From Solirubrobacterales bacterium (GTDB lineage Bacteria; Actinomycetota; Thermoleophilia; Solirubrobacterales; 70-9): a DNA stretch of 64,000 bases. This document shows positions 62,494 through 64,000 of the stretch, one piece after another. Position 1 is the first letter of the stretch, and each line of letters begins with the position of its first letter. The stretch is from positions 5,915 to 69,914 of the forward strand of contig DATEDJ010000004.1 in assembly GCA_035281725.1 (NCBI GenBank), read 5' to 3'. Under the pieces are notes generated by a model. The model worked only from the letters and a program-made list of their open reading frames with translations. It was not told the origin of the DNA and made no database searches. A program made the translations under genes and the position numbers.

Positions 62494-64000
62494 ATGCGCG
62501 CTCGTCTGCCGATCTTCACCTGCCTCTGTCTGCTCGTCCTCTGCCTTGCCGCCGTGCCCGCGGGGGCGGCGACCGGAGTGCCGGTCCAGGCCGCTCCTGA
62601 ACTTCCCGGCGGCGCCTCGTTCGCCGGAGCGGTCGCGCCGGAACGGCAACTCAGCCTCTACGTGGCGCTCGAACCGCGGGACCCGGCGGCGCTGGCGAGC
62701 TTCGCCGAAGGAGTAGCGACCCCCGGTTCGCCGATCTACGGCGACTACCTCTCGGTGCCCCAGTTCGCCGCCCGCTTCGGCCCGACCCCGGCCCAGGTGG
62801 CGACGGTGCGCTCGGCGCTTGCCGCCCGCGGCCTCGACGTCGGCGCCCCGTCCGCCGACAGCCTCTCGCTGCCGGTGACCGCGACCGCCGCCGAGGCCGA
62901 AGCCGCGTTCGGCACCGCGATCGACCGGGTCGCCACCGCCGGCGGCCGCGTCGCCTTCGCCAACCGCAGCGCGCCGCTGGTCCCCGCCGCGGCGGCCCCC
63001 TACGTCCAGGGCATCCTCGGCCTCGACAACCTCGTCCGCGCCCATCGTCACGACACGATGCAGTCGAGCACGAGCAGCACCACCGCGGCAACCGAACCGC
63101 CGCGCACCTCGGTCCTCACCGGCGGCCCGCAGCCCTGCGCCGAGGCGCTCCAAGTCCAGCAGGACGAAGAATTCGGCTACACCGCCGACCAGGTCGCCTC
63201 CGCCTACAGCCTCCCCGGCTTCTACGCGCAGGGGAACTTCGGCGCCGGGCAGACGGTCGCCCTGCTGGAGATGGAACCGACGGGGCCGAAAGACATCGAC
63301 GCGTACCAGAGCTGTTACGGAACCCACGCCGAAGTCACCTACGTGCCGGTCGAAGGCGGCTCCGGCGAATACAAAAAAGGCGACGACGGCGAGTCGGCGC
63401 TCGACATCGAGCAGATCATCGGCCTTGCGCCCGACGTGAAGATCCGCGTCTACGAAGGTCCCAACCCAAGCGAAGTCGCCTTGCTGTCGGCCTACGTCAG
63501 CGACAACGAAGCGAAAATCATGTCGAGCTCCTGGGGAATCTGCGAGAAAGACGCCGAACCGACCGAAGAGAAAGCGACCAATGTCCTCCTCCAGGAGGCG
63601 GCGGCGCAGGGCCAGTCCTTCTTTGTCGCCGCCGGCGACAACGGCGCGAGCGACTGCTACGAACCGCCCGGAGACACCTACAAAGGTCTGCAGGTCGACT
63701 CCCCCGGTACCGACCCGTTCGCCACCGATGTCGGCGGCACCCGAATGGCTGCACCGACGACCCCGCCGGTGGAGTACATCTGGAACGACGCCGCAGCCGG
63801 AGAAGGAGCCGGTGGTGGGGGCATCTCCGAGCGCTTCCCGATGCCCGCCTACCAGCAGACGGCGAGCCCGGCGCTGAACGTCCTCGGGCCCCTCTCCAGC
63901 GGGACGCAATGCGGCCTCGCCAGCGGTTACTGCCGCCAGGTCCCCGACGTCTCCGCGGACGCGGCGCCGGCCACCGGCTACATCGTCCACACGGAAGACG
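62494..64000 (+). CDS. Sedolisin / kumamolisin-like serine peptidase (S53) with pro-kumamolisin activation domain; partial, runs off the right edge
   Basis: Not in the ORF track because it has no stop in the window. My translation from the ATG at 62494: MRARLPIFTCLCLLVLCLAAVPAGA (signal) ...YGDYLSVPQFAARFGPTPAQVATVRSALAARGLDV (propeptide) ...GESALDIEQIIGLAPDVKIRVYEG...SSSWGICE...FVAAGDNGASDC...VGGT. Confidence 0.85.
   Translation, partial: MRARLPIFTCLCLLVLCLAAVPAGAATGVPVQAAPELPGGASFAGAVAPERQLSLYVALEPRDPAALASFAEGVATPGSPIYGDYLSVPQFAARFGPTPAQVATVRSALAARGLDVGAPSADSLSLPVTATAAEAEAAFGTAIDRVATAGGRVAFANRSAPLVPAAAAPYVQGILGLDNLVRAHRHDTMQSSTSSTTAATEPPRTSVLTGGPQPCAEALQVQQDEEFGYTADQVASAYSLPGFYAQGNFGAGQTVALLEMEPTGPKDIDAYQSCYGTHAEVTYVPVEGGSGEYKKGDDGESALDIEQIIGLAPDVKIRVYEGPNPSEVALLSAYVSDNEAKIMSSSWGICEKDAEPTEEKATNVLLQEAAAQGQSFFVAAGDNGASDCYEPPGDTYKGLQVDSPGTDPFATDVGGTRMAAPTTPPVEYIWNDAAAGEGAGGGGISERFPMPAYQQTASPALNVLGPLSSGTQCGLASGYCRQVPDVSADAAPATGYIVHTED

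Noticed and set aside
1-64000. A prophage, integrative element or genomic island.
   Set aside because: No integrase, transposase, recombinase, tRNA attachment site or phage structural gene is present. GC content appears uniformly high apart from short promoter-sized dips. The repeats are non-autonomous.

Overview
High-GC (about 70% by eye) chromosomal window. Gene content looks like Actinomycetota: a FAS-II-like fabD-fabH-fabG-acpP-fabF-accD operon, an F420/LLM-type oxidoreductase, a mycofactocin-type SDR, and many lipoproteins and secreted proteins. The lineage is only a guess. About 60 protein genes can be supported. They cover fatty-acid synthesis, a GAF-kinase/LuxR pair, oxidative pentose-phosphate genes (zwf divergent from gnd-pgl), efeU-efeB-efeO iron uptake and recQ. 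They also include three EmrB/QacA-type MFS transporters, acyl-CoA metabolism (ACAD, family III CoA-transferase, menB, acetoacetyl-CoA synthetase, SDRs, TetR), ilvD, a LIP-family lipase and a siderophore-interacting reductase. The right third holds an envelope glycosylation locus (GT2 + GT-C/PMT_2-like + acyltransferase_3 + methyltransferase), a second HK/RR pair and a sedolisin (S53) peptidase that runs off the right edge. Two edge-truncated genes are missing from the ORF track (accD-like at 1-745, S53 at 62494-64000). Several genes start at internal codons of listed ORFs, and many long listed ORFs are GC-driven shadow frames. I saw no rRNA, tRNA, CRISPR, integrase or transposase. The most unusual content is non-coding. 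Nearly every large intergenic gap (11.2, 20.3, 28.2, 30.2, 34.0, 47.4, 62.4 kb) and one gene 3' end (25.9 kb) carries nested hairpin repeats from a few families. Their loops are conserved while their stems differ but stay complementary. Several loops share a CG(C/G)TATG..GG or GCTATGG motif. Other candidates worth follow-up: (1) a translationally coupled small-protein + Pol-beta nucleotidyltransferase pair (6790-7820) that resembles a toxin-antitoxin or abortive-infection module; (2) a leader or sRNA-like region with a 15/16-nt Shine-Dalgarno, a 14-codon ORF and an intrinsic terminator (42.0-42.4 kb); (3) tandem tail-fibre-like secreted paralogs with homogenised 5' halves and diverged 3' halves (48.4-50.0 kb); (4) the glycosylation locus co-transcribed with an Ala/Thr-rich secreted protein. 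No database search or computation was possible, so all family calls rest on motif recognition in the supplied translations.
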